Assembly: GCA_050746865.1 (NCBI GenBank)
Contig: JBOGMU010000141.1
Location: 3,142 to 67,141, forward strand
DNA length: 64,000 nucleotides
Direction: 5' to 3'
Source of the DNA: Candidatus Acidiferrales bacterium
GTDB taxonomy: Bacteria > Acidobacteriota > Terriglobia > Acidiferrales > UBA7541
Below, one piece after another: positions 56,786 to 64,000 of the stretch. The notes under the pieces were generated by a model. It had not been told where the DNA came from. It ran no database searches and saw nothing but the letters and a program-made list of their open reading frames with translations. Both the position numbers and the translations under genes were made by a program. Positions within the stretch are counted from its first letter, which is position 1; the number at the start of each line of letters is the position of its first letter.

Positions 56786-59700
56786 ATGCCTTTCTGGATT
56801 TTTCTATTGGCGGCCTGGATTTTTGCCGAATGGTTGATGCGGCGTAGCGATCGCCGGAAAAACGACGAGCGCTTCTCGAACCTCATCAATGCTCTCAACA
56901 TCGCCGAAAAGGATTTTCAGGAACTAAAGCGACTCACGTCTCGCGTCGCGACGCTCGAAAAGCAGGTCGCTGCGCTTCACGCGCAATACGAGCCAGCAGC
57001 GCCCGCGGAAACTCCCGCGGCACCGCCCGTCACCCAAGGGCCCCGCACCGAAACACCTGAGCAAGACGAGCCGCGCGTTCCAGCCGTTACGCGAACAGTT
57101 CCACCCACGCACATACACGTGCCGCCCACAACTCTCGTCCCTCCGGCGACAAGCACCCCACCGCGAACTCCAGTTCCGCAAATTACAACGCCCGCACCGC
57201 TGCCGCACACAGCGGCCTCAAGCAGCCAATCGCCCAAAGGAGCCGCGCCGCCAACACGTCCCGTTGCGGCACGCACCGCCGCGCCGCGCCCCAGACGCGA
57301 AGTTCACGACATCGAGCAGATGCTCGGCACAAACTGGCTGAACAAAATCGGCATAGCCGTCCTTGTAATCGGCATTGCACTGTTCCTCGCGTACAAATTC
57401 CCCACTCTCACGAACGTCGAAAAGGTTGGCCTCGGTTATGTCGTCAGCTTCGGCATCCTGGCGCTCGGCGCTTTTCTGGAACGCAAGGACGTTTACCGTA
57501 TCTTCGCGCGCGCTCTGATCGGCGGCGGATGGGCGCTCGTCTTTTTCACCACGTACGCCATGCATTTCGTCACGTATACGCGCGTGATCGATGCCGAATG
57601 GATCGACCTAGTGCTGCTCTTCGCCGTGGCATGGGCGATGGTGGCGCACACGCTCCGTTACAACTCTCAAGTCGTCACCGGCCTCGCATTTTTGCTCGGT
57701 TTCACCACCGTGGCGATCAGCGAAAACACAGTTTATTGCCTCACGGCTGGCGCGATTCTCGCGATCGGCCTCGTTGCCATCGTGCACCGCCGAAGCTGGT
57801 TCGAACTCGAGATTTTCGGCCTGCTGGCGTCTTACGTGAATCATTACGTCTGGCTGCGCACCGTGATCGAGCCGATGGGCGCGCATCGCCAGATGTTCCC
57901 TGAATTTCTTCCCAGCGCGGCGCTCTTGTGCACCTACTGGGCGCTCTATCGCTGGTCATACATTGCGCGAACCATTCAGCGCGAAGCCCAGGAACACATC
58001 TCGACTCTCGCGGCGCTGCTCAATACAGGCTTTCTGCTTTTCCTGCTGAAGTATCAATCCGTCCGGCCCGATCTCGCCTTTTACGCGCTGCTTGTGCTCG
58101 GCGCAATCGAACTCACACTCGGCCAGTTGCCCGTCACGCGCAAACGCCGCACCGCAATGGTCATCCTTTCAACCATCGGCATCGTCCTTCTCGTCGCCGC
58201 CGTGCCCTTCAAGTATTCCGGCATGGGCACAGCGATTCTATGGCTCGCGCAAGCCGAGACACTCGTCATCGCAGGTGTTCTAACGCGCGAAACTCTCTTC
58301 CGCCGATTTGGATTTTTGGTGGCCGTGCTCACAGTCGGCGATTTACTCCTCGCCGGCGCCGCGCCAGTATTCGAAGCCCGCATCGCGCAGCCGGACATGC
58401 TGCATGCCGTGCCCGAATACCGGCTCGCCGTCACGTTCCTTTTCGCCGCCCTAATCTTTTTCGCCGATGCCGAATGGATTCCCCGCAGATGGACTAACGC
58501 TATCGGCTCCCAATTTGAAGGCGCCCTATTCCGCGCGATCTCCTGGCTCGGCGGCTTGGCAGCATTCGTCGGACTCTGGCTCGCGTTTCCAAATCTATGG
58601 ACAGCCGTCGCATGGACAGCCGCGGCAGCAATCCTTGCGTTCGTGGGCCGTGCGGCAAATGCGAGAGACCTGTCGCACCAGGCAAACTGCATCGCTATCG
58701 CGGGTTTTTTCGGCGCACTTTTTGTAAACGTGGACGCAGCCTCAAGCGTCTCGCTGCCGTCCAATATTCTCGCCGCGATTTCTCCGGACCTCTTCCCGCG
58801 CTCGGTGCATGGATCGTTTCACTTCGACCTTCCCTTCATCACCACGGTGCTGGCGATCGCGCTCCTTTATGCCTGCGCTTACTTCAGCGGCCCGAAGGAA
58901 ACGACTGCCGCGCGAATTTTCTCCGCGATTCACTCCTGGGCGGCTGTGATTCTCCTACTTGCCTTGACGCTGCAAGAATCCGCGTTTCCGTGGGTTTCGG
59001 TTATTTGGGCTGTGCTCGGCGGCCTGCTGCTGATCGCGGCTACGCGCATCAAGCACTCGCAATTCGCATTTCAGAGCGTAATCGTCTCCTCGTTCGCCGT
59101 CGTTCTCACGCTGACGGTGAATTTATTTGCCAGCGAACCCTTCGGCTTAGTCTCCAGCCTCTCTTTGCGGCTCGTGACGGTCGCTCTGACCACAGCCTGC
59201 CTTTATTTTTCGGCCTGGTGGTCGCGTCGCGCGGAAAGCATTTCGGAAGCGGCTGCGGCGTACACATGGGCAGGATCGTTTCTCGTCTGGATGCTGTTGC
59301 TTTACGAGCTACAACCGTTGCACGTAGCCGTGGGGTGGGCCCTGTTTGGATTGGCGCTCTTTGAATGCGGGGTTTTCTTCAAGGCGCTGAATTTGCGCCT
59401 ACAGGCGTATCTCGTTTTTGCTTCGGCGCTCATCCGCATCTTCCTGGTGAATATAGACGCATCGCCACACGACATGGCGATGACCGTGCTTCCGCTGGCA
59501 GTCATCTTCTATTACGTGCATTGGCGTGCAGAGACAAAACGGCATGACTTGCTCGGCGAGGACCGGCACTTCCTCGCCGCACAGTTCCTGAGTTATTTTG
59601 GCGCAATCACGGTCGCAACCGTCCTCTATTGCGGTCTGGACGCAGGGTGGATCGGCGCAGGATGGGCCACGATGGCATTGGGTCTGATCGCCGTGGCCTG

Positions 59701-60274
59701 GGCGGCGAAGCACAATATTTTGCTGCACCACAGTCTTCTGCTGGCGATGGCTGTGTTGTTGCGAACGGTCGTTTTCGATTTACCGGAACCCTTGATTCAT
59801 GGCGTGCCGTTAATGCAGAACCGGTCGTTTCATGTGATCGCGGCTTCTTCGGCCCTCTTTGCGTGCATGGCATTCGCGTTTCCGCTGCGCAGGCGGTTGG
59901 CCGCGCAAAATCAACCGTACGGATTTGTTGACTCTCTGCCGTTCGTACAGCGGCCCGAGCAGCTGTTTTTCTTTGTCCCACTGGCGATGATAACTGCGCT
60001 CCTCGCGCGTGACGTTACTCAAGGTCGCGTCACAATGGCGTGGGGCATCGAGGCGGTCATTGTCTTTTCGTTCGCGCTGCTGGTGGGCGAGCGCAGCTTT
60101 CGGCTTACGGGCCTCGGTTTGCTCCTTCTGTGCGTCGGGAAAATTCTGCTGCTCGATGTGTGGCGCCAGGACAAGTCCGACCGCTTCACCACGTTTATTA
60201 TCTTGGGCGTCGCTCTCCTACTCGTCTCATTCCTCTACACCCGCTACAGCGAAGCGATCCGGCGCTATCTGTAA
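56786..60274 (+). CDS. very large polytopic membrane protein (DUF2339-like)
   Basis: 1162 aa with an N-terminal TM helix, a short coiled coil, a Pro-rich linker of about 110 aa and then more than 25 hydrophobic helices. The family assignment is from memory of this architecture. Confidence 0.75.
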   Translation: MPFWIFLLAAWIFAEWLMRRSDRRKNDERFSNLINALNIAEKDFQELKRLTSRVATLEKQVAALHAQYEPAAPAETPAAPPVTQGPRTETPEQDEPRVPAVTRTVPPTHIHVPPTTLVPPATSTPPRTPVPQITTPAPLPHTAASSSQSPKGAAPPTRPVAARTAAPRPRREVHDIEQMLGTNWLNKIGIAVLVIGIALFLAYKFPTLTNVEKVGLGYVVSFGILALGAFLERKDVYRIFARALIGGGWALVFFTTYAMHFVTYTRVIDAEWIDLVLLFAVAWAMVAHTLRYNSQVVTGLAFLLGFTTVAISENTVYCLTAGAILAIGLVAIVHRRSWFELEIFGLLASYVNHYVWLRTVIEPMGAHRQMFPEFLPSAALLCTYWALYRWSYIARTIQREAQEHISTLAALLNTGFLLFLLKYQSVRPDLAFYALLVLGAIELTLGQLPVTRKRRTAMVILSTIGIVLLVAAVPFKYSGMGTAILWLAQAETLVIAGVLTRETLFRRFGFLVAVLTVGDLLLAGAAPVFEARIAQPDMLHAVPEYRLAVTFLFAALIFFADAEWIPRRWTNAIGSQFEGALFRAISWLGGLAAFVGLWLAFPNLWTAVAWTAAAAILAFVGRAANARDLSHQANCIAIAGFFGALFVNVDAASSVSLPSNILAAISPDLFPRSVHGSFHFDLPFITTVLAIALLYACAYFSGPKETTAARIFSAIHSWAAVILLLALTLQESAFPWVSVIWAVLGGLLLIAATRIKHSQFAFQSVIVSSFAVVLTLTVNLFASEPFGLVSSLSLRLVTVALTTACLYFSAWWSRRAESISEAAAAYTWAGSFLVWMLLLYELQPLHVAVGWALFGLALFECGVFFKALNLRLQAYLVFASALIRIFLVNIDASPHDMAMTVLPLAVIFYYVHWRAETKRHDLLGEDRHFLAAQFLSYFGAITVATVLYCGLDAGWIGAGWATMALGLIAVAWAAKHNILLHHSLLLAMAVLLRTVVFDLPEPLIHGVPLMQNRSFHVIAASSALFACMAFAFPLRRRLAAQNQPYGFVDSLPFVQRPEQLFFFVPLAMITALLARDVTQGRVTMAWGIEAVIVFSFALLVGERSFRLTGLGLLLLCVGKILLLDVWRQDKSDRFTTFIILGVALLLVSFLYTRYSEAIRRYL

Positions 60275-60301
60275 TCACGCGCGCGCCGTATATGACGCTG
60301 C

Positions 60302-60991
60302 TCAAGGAATGTAATAAAACGGATTCGGCATCTTTACCGAATGGTCTGCCATTGGGCTTCCTCGCAGATCGCTCAATTGATCGCCTACGTTCAACACAAT
60401 CTGGTATCCCTGCGACACAATGTCCGCCCGCGCGCCCGATTTGTAGTCCGCGGTCGACTGGCTGGCGGGGTGATTCACGGGCCGCGCGTAAAGCTTCTGC
60501 CAATGGTCGTAGCCCTCAAGGCGCAGATTTGCCTCTGTGTCGACGAACTGAGTCTCTGGACGCCCCGTAATGAAGAAAACGGCTATCTTGTCGTGCTCAG
60601 CCTCATGGACAATGCGCAGCGTTGCCGGAATGGCTCGTGCGCAATGAAGAGACACGCACCAATTCTCATTGCTCGGAATATAGCCGAAATCGTCGAGCAT
60701 CTCGACGGACCAATTCGATAGCGCCGTCTCGTCAACGTCGAATACCACGGCCAGCTTCTCTCGTGATTTGGCTGCGGCCGCGCTCTGCTTCACAAACGCG
60801 ATCGCCACATCGGCCTGATGCTCTAATTGCGGCTCGTAGCAATTCGATTCGTGGCAATCGTGATATTGGATCAATCGCTGTTTCACCACGTTAAGATTCT
60901 GCGGCTCGCCCGGGACGTTGACGATTGCCTGCTGCGCCCAAAGAGGCAGGCAAACAAAAAAGACGAGCACACCGATACGTCGAGCAAACAT
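60302..60991 (-). CDS. secreted HAD-superfamily class B acid phosphatase
   Basis: A signal peptide from ATG 60991, with VVFDVDETALSN (DxDxT), FFITGRPE and VGDQLSDL motifs. Confidence 0.8.
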   Translation of the reverse strand: MFARRIGVLVFFVCLPLWAQQAIVNVPGEPQNLNVVKQRLIQYHDCHESNCYEPQLEHQADVAIAFVKQSAAAAKSREKLAVVFDVDETALSNWSVEMLDDFGYIPSNENWCVSLHCARAIPATLRIVHEAEHDKIAVFFITGRPETQFVDTEANLRLEGYDHWQKLYARPVNHPASQSTADYKSGARADIVSQGYQIVLNVGDQLSDLRGSPMADHSVKMPNPFYYIP

Positions 60992-61022
60992 GGAGGCACG
61001 CTCCCTCTGTTGAGTCTGAAAT

Positions 61023-61688
61023 TCAAATATTACTGTGAATTGCGCTCGGGGCAAGGCTGGCTATTGCGTCGGGCTCCGGCGCCTTCCAGAACTGCGCTGA
61101 GGATTGGGCGAATTCAACGCCGATCATGGTTTCGCCCGTTACCGTGCGAATCGTTCGTGCGACGCGGCAGGGCAGCTCGGCATTCGATTCGGCATTGAAC
61201 AAAATGAGCCTCTGCGACACCGAGACCTTTGCGGCAAGCGGAATCAGGCCGCCGAGCGCGCTCACATTGAGCGTCTCGCTGATTTCGGAAAATGGCTCAT
61301 TGCCATTGCCGTCGTTATATCGCCCGTAAACGAATACAGGCGTTTTTGCAGGCAACCGCGCCGCCCGTCGGCGTTCGGTCAAGGGCTCGAATTTCAGTGA
61401 CGACGAAACCTTCGGTCTCCGTTGCGCGGACCGCAGATGCATAATCAGGAAAGGAAGCGAGCCGTAAAAAATACCGTCGCCGAGAACGGATAGGAGAATG
61501 CCGCCCGCGCCACCTACTCCGAGCTTACTTGCGGCGTAAGCACCGGGCCGCAAAAGCAGATCGGCAATTTCCGGCACCGCGCCGCCCGCTCTCATCATAG
61601 CGAGCACCAGCGTAATCGAACTCCCGGTTATCAGCGAGAGCAGAAGCTCCCTGGCGACGCGCAGTCTATCCGCCTCGGACGCGGCCAT
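61023..61688 (-). CDS. membrane-anchored PilZ domain protein
   Basis: The N-terminal half has 3-4 hydrophobic helices. The C-terminal half has RRRAAR (RxxxR) and NVSALG (NxSxxG). ATG 61688 is preferred, because the longer listed ORF (to 61844) runs into repeat hairpins. Confidence 0.7.
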   Translation of the reverse strand: MAASEADRLRVARELLLSLITGSSITLVLAMMRAGGAVPEIADLLLRPGAYAASKLGVGGAGGILLSVLGDGIFYGSLPFLIMHLRSAQRRPKVSSSLKFEPLTERRRAARLPAKTPVFVYGRYNDGNGNEPFSEISETLNVSALGGLIPLAAKVSVSQRLILFNAESNAELPCRVARTIRTVTGETMIGVEFAQSSAQFWKAPEPDAIASLAPSAIHSNI

Positions 61689-61761
61689 AACCGTATTGTA
61701 ATACTCTTGGGTCAAGAGGGGTATGGGAGCGCCTCCCGCTTCGCCTTGCAAGCAGGGACGA

Positions 61762-61994
61762 GGGCCTGGGCGGTCTTTCAGACCGCGCCTGGCAAGTCGG
61801 ATTCCGGAGGGGCACAACTTCGAGCCGTGCCGTAAGTGGCGCAAATGAATTCGGCTCTACAGGGAGCGGGAAAACGACCGGGTTGGAAGGGCGGGGCTTC
61901 GAGAGTCTGTGTGGTAACTTGGATTTTAGGAAGGACACGGCTTCAGCCGTGCCGTAAATCGCGCAGAATGAGTACGGCTTCAGCCGTTGAAGCC
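61762..61994 (+). repeat. cluster of repeat family 2 units / TTCA-loop hairpins
   Basis: Four parts: the hairpin GCGGTC-TTTCA-GACCGC (61764-61780); a degenerate unit from 61806; a degenerate unit from 61886; and a full unit at 61929-61994 that contains CACGGC-TTCA-GCCGTG and CGGC-TTCA-GCCG. Confidence 0.8.
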
Positions 61995-62252
61995 AGGGTT
62001 TGCTGGTCGCCACAGAGACTCTTCTAGATTCCTGGGCCAATCCCTTTTTTTGCGTTTTTCCGCGAGGTGGCAAGCGCGCGCCTTACGCCGGGTGCCTTTG
62101 AATTGCTTTCGTAGCGATCGGCTTTCCTTTCAGCCGATCACCTCTCAAACGGCTCCCAATCGTCGCGTTACCGAGGCGCACGAAGCGCCTAGCCTGCGTT
62201 TACACTTTGCGAAACATATGGCCATCCGTCGCGGGACAACAGGCTACAAAAT

Positions 62253-62284
62253 CGAAACGGGGAGGCTGGCACCTCCCCGTTTCG
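62253..62284 (-). terminator. strong 13-bp hairpin, probable minus-strand terminator
   Basis: CGAAACGGGGAGG / CCTCCCCGTTTCG with a 6-nt loop. The minus strand continues ATTTTGTAG. The plus-strand continuation is T-poor. Confidence 0.55.
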
Positions 62285-62550
62285 TTAACTGGTATACGCC
62301 GCGGTGACGCTCTAAGCGTCAAGGGCGGCACGCACCGCAAAAGCGGTGTGCTTGCTGCTATTCAACTTGCTATGCCCGGTGGATTCATGCTCCCTCCGTG
62401 CCGTAGCTCCTACAAGCCCACATCTACGCCCGCGTCGCCCCCATTGCAAGCGATTTTTTGGCACCCTACGCCGTCGTCGCCCGCATCAGGCCATCTCTAG
62501 GCCCAACCTCCCCGATATCGCCTCTACGCCATATCGGCTATTCCGATAGA

Positions 62551-62580
62551 TCGTCATCCTGAGCGAAGCAAGGGACCTTG
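62551..62580 (-). repeat. dispersed repeat family 1, short copy D (reverse orientation)
   Basis: The reverse complement reads CAAGGTCCCTTGCTTCGCTCAGGATGACGA. It lies 23 nt downstream of the minus-strand nuclease-like gene. Confidence 0.7.
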
Positions 62581-62602
62581 ATGTTTTTTGGGAATGCAAG
62601 GA

Positions 62603-63184
62603 CTAGCCGGCGCCTTCTGTGCCGGCAACTGTAATTGTCTTTGGAAATGTAACCTCGCCATCTTCCAAAGTCATGAGCAGGACCGCATGGTTCTTAACCC
62701 AAGTAAATGGGATGTTCTTTCGGTAGCGCTGAGGATATGGATCGGGATATTCCTTAAGCCATTTCTGAAAGAAGCCTTTCATGAGGCTCCCATGCGCGTA
62801 ACGTAGGTCGACACGCCGGAGGTTATTGCGGTGGTCAAAAAATAGATGTCCGACTTCGGCGTCATTCTTAAGTTTCTCCTTTCCTGTTTTCTTGTGGTAT
62901 TGATATTCGTAATTTCCGCCCTTATAAGCCGATTTTACTTCGTGTCCAGACAAATCTACGCCCGCACCGAGCTTCTTGCCCACATCACGAACCAGGATTG
63001 AGGCAAATACTTCCCAATCGGAGGTCATTGCGGCGGACGGCGCACGCACACCGCGCGCACCGTAAAGTCTGAGCTTGCCCTGCAGCGGCCCATACATGTA
63101 AGCATGAAAAAACATCAGAGCCTTCTCAAAATCCAAATCCGTGGGCGGGCCGACACTATCCGGTTTGGGTTTACCGCTCAGCAT
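62603..63184 (-). CDS. candidate type II restriction endonuclease (PD-(D/E)xK-like), family not recognised
   Basis: ATG 63184 lies 10 nt after the methyltransferase stop. GAGVDLSGHEVKS gives a D-x4-E-x-K signature. GC is lower than the window average. The listed longer ORF (to 63343) overlaps the MTase in another frame. Confidence 0.5.
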   Translation of the reverse strand: MLSGKPKPDSVGPPTDLDFEKALMFFHAYMYGPLQGKLRLYGARGVRAPSAAMTSDWEVFASILVRDVGKKLGAGVDLSGHEVKSAYKGGNYEYQYHKKTGKEKLKNDAEVGHLFFDHRNNLRRVDLRYAHGSLMKGFFQKWLKEYPDPYPQRYRKNIPFTWVKNHAVLLMTLEDGEVTFPKTITVAGTEGAG

Positions 63185-63194
63185 GCGTCGCGCT

Positions 63195-64000
63195 TCAAGC
63201 AACCTGCTCAAACTTTCCGCAAGCGAGCAAAGGAGATAATAAATGCCGATCGAGCCAACTAACCACTGGCACCGCAACGCCGTCGCCGAAGAGGTGATAT
63301 GCCTCGTTGTACGCCTGTGGTATTGGATAGCTGTCGGGCACACCCATCAGTCTTGCGGCCTCACGGGCCGATAGGAGACGAGTCCGAACCTCGCCGTCCT
63401 CGATGACGATAACAGTTTGCCGACTTGACCCGCCCACCGGCGTCCTTAGGCATCCCGAAATGCCATCGAACCGCACCTCAGCTCGTTGTACTCTCGCTCC
63501 CGTTCGATTCGGCCTTGTCCGTTTATATATCGTTCCCACGTGCCGCCCTTTTAGTCGGCTCACTTGGAACACTTTCTTCTTATGCAGTGGCCCCATTAGA
63601 TTCATTAATCTTTGTGTCTCTGAAGTCGAGTTCCATTTCACGCCGACCGGGTCATCTTCGATGATAGACACAAGACTTGGCACGACATGGCTCGGCGTTG
63701 GAAGGGCCCACCACAGCCAATTCTTGGAGTGACTCTTAGGTAGCTGTTTGTAGGCCCTGACTACAGACTCCGTATGCCACAACCGGGAGGGCCCTTCGGA
63801 GATGATCTCCGGGGCAAGCGATGCGTCGCCGCGTACTCCAATTATGAACAGGCGAGGCCTCGATTGGGGCAAGAATCTAGACGCGTTGATTACGATCGCG
63901 CCGGTGCGATAGCCACTCTCCATGAGTGACATAACGATAGAGGAAAAGTCAGTTCCGCCATGTGAGCTCAGAGTACCCACTACATTTTCAAGAACGGCTA
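63195..64000 (-). CDS. dcm: DNA (cytosine-5)-methyltransferase, N-terminus beyond window edge
   Basis: The frame stays open to position 64000 and reads AVLENVVGTL (ENV motif IV). Downstream are QSRPRLFIIG (motif VI), a variable target-recognition region, LSAREAARLMGVPDSY and GDGVAVPV (motif X). Confidence 0.9.
   Translation of the reverse strand, partial: AVLENVVGTLSSHGGTDFSSIVMSLMESGYRTGAIVINASRFLPQSRPRLFIIGVRGDASLAPEIISEGPSRLWHTESVVRAYKQLPKSHSKNWLWWALPTPSHVVPSLVSIIEDDPVGVKWNSTSETQRLMNLMGPLHKKKVFQVSRLKGRHVGTIYKRTRPNRTGARVQRAEVRFDGISGCLRTPVGGSSRQTVIVIEDGEVRTRLLSAREAARLMGVPDSYPIPQAYNEAYHLFGDGVAVPVVSWLDRHLLSPLLACGKFEQVA

Noticed and set aside
61689-61844. Longer N-terminal extension of the PilZ ORF (start at 61844)
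   Set aside because: The extension is encoded by repeat family 2 hairpins and has an implausible Arg/Gly/Pro-rich sequence. ATG 61688 precedes the first hydrophobic helix.
61995-62602. tRNA, tmRNA, RNase P, SRP or 6S RNA gene, or a tRNA-derived att site, at the island boundary
   Set aside because: I did not see GGTTCGAATCC-type T-arms, the tmRNA 5' or 3' ends, the RNase P GAGGAAAGTCC box or the SRP GGAA motif on either strand. A covariance-model scan is still needed to be sure.
63185-63343. Longer start (63343) for the nuclease-like ORF
   Set aside because: That extension overlaps the 3' end of the methyltransferase gene in another frame. Its sequence is atypical. ATG 63184 just past the MTase stop is more plausible, though its RBS is weak.

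Overview
Gene content suggests a chromosomal segment of a high-GC soil bacterium. Spot counts on 60-nt blocks give about 57-65% GC. The content looks Acidobacteriota-like: HTH-PD40 propeller proteins, DUF1080, Tat-exported TIM-barrel proteins and dense REP-like hairpin repeats. That taxonomic call is inference only.

Most of the window is housekeeping:
- A divergent pyrimidine cluster, pyrR-pyrB-pyrC versus pyrD-rlpA-pyrF.
- A tatA-like gene.
- gap-pgk-tpiA-secG.
- tsaD, galU, mfd, a surA-like PPIase, a yhaM-like nuclease, dusB and maf.

Accessory-looking blocks:
1. A B12-radical SAM / aminotransferase / C26-amidotransferase cassette (13.4-17.0 kb).
2. A co-directional block of five genes on the minus strand (28.3-33.0 kb): alpha/beta-hydrolase-membrane fusion, geranylgeranyl-reductase-like flavoprotein, hotdog thioesterase, FmdB zinc ribbon and CPBP protease.
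3. A type III polyketide synthase cluster with a flavoprotein, YceI and a frameshifted SDR (51.4-55.0 kb).
4. A lower-GC (about 43-50%) type II restriction-modification module at the right edge (62.6-64.0 kb, truncated). It is preceded by about 0.9 kb of hairpin-dense non-coding DNA.

Two dispersed repeat families and an exact 17-nt-period tandem array are visible directly in the sequence. I found no rRNA, tRNA, CRISPR array, transposase or integrase.

I cannot point to one confidently novel system. The best candidates for follow-up are:
- the R-M island boundary with its unassigned nuclease;
- the type III PKS cluster;
- the radical-SAM cassette;
- the hydrolase/reductase/thioesterase/CPBP operon;
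- the TatA-Ig fusion;
- the J-domain/beta-propeller pair.

All family assignments come from motif recognition by eye, not from database searches.
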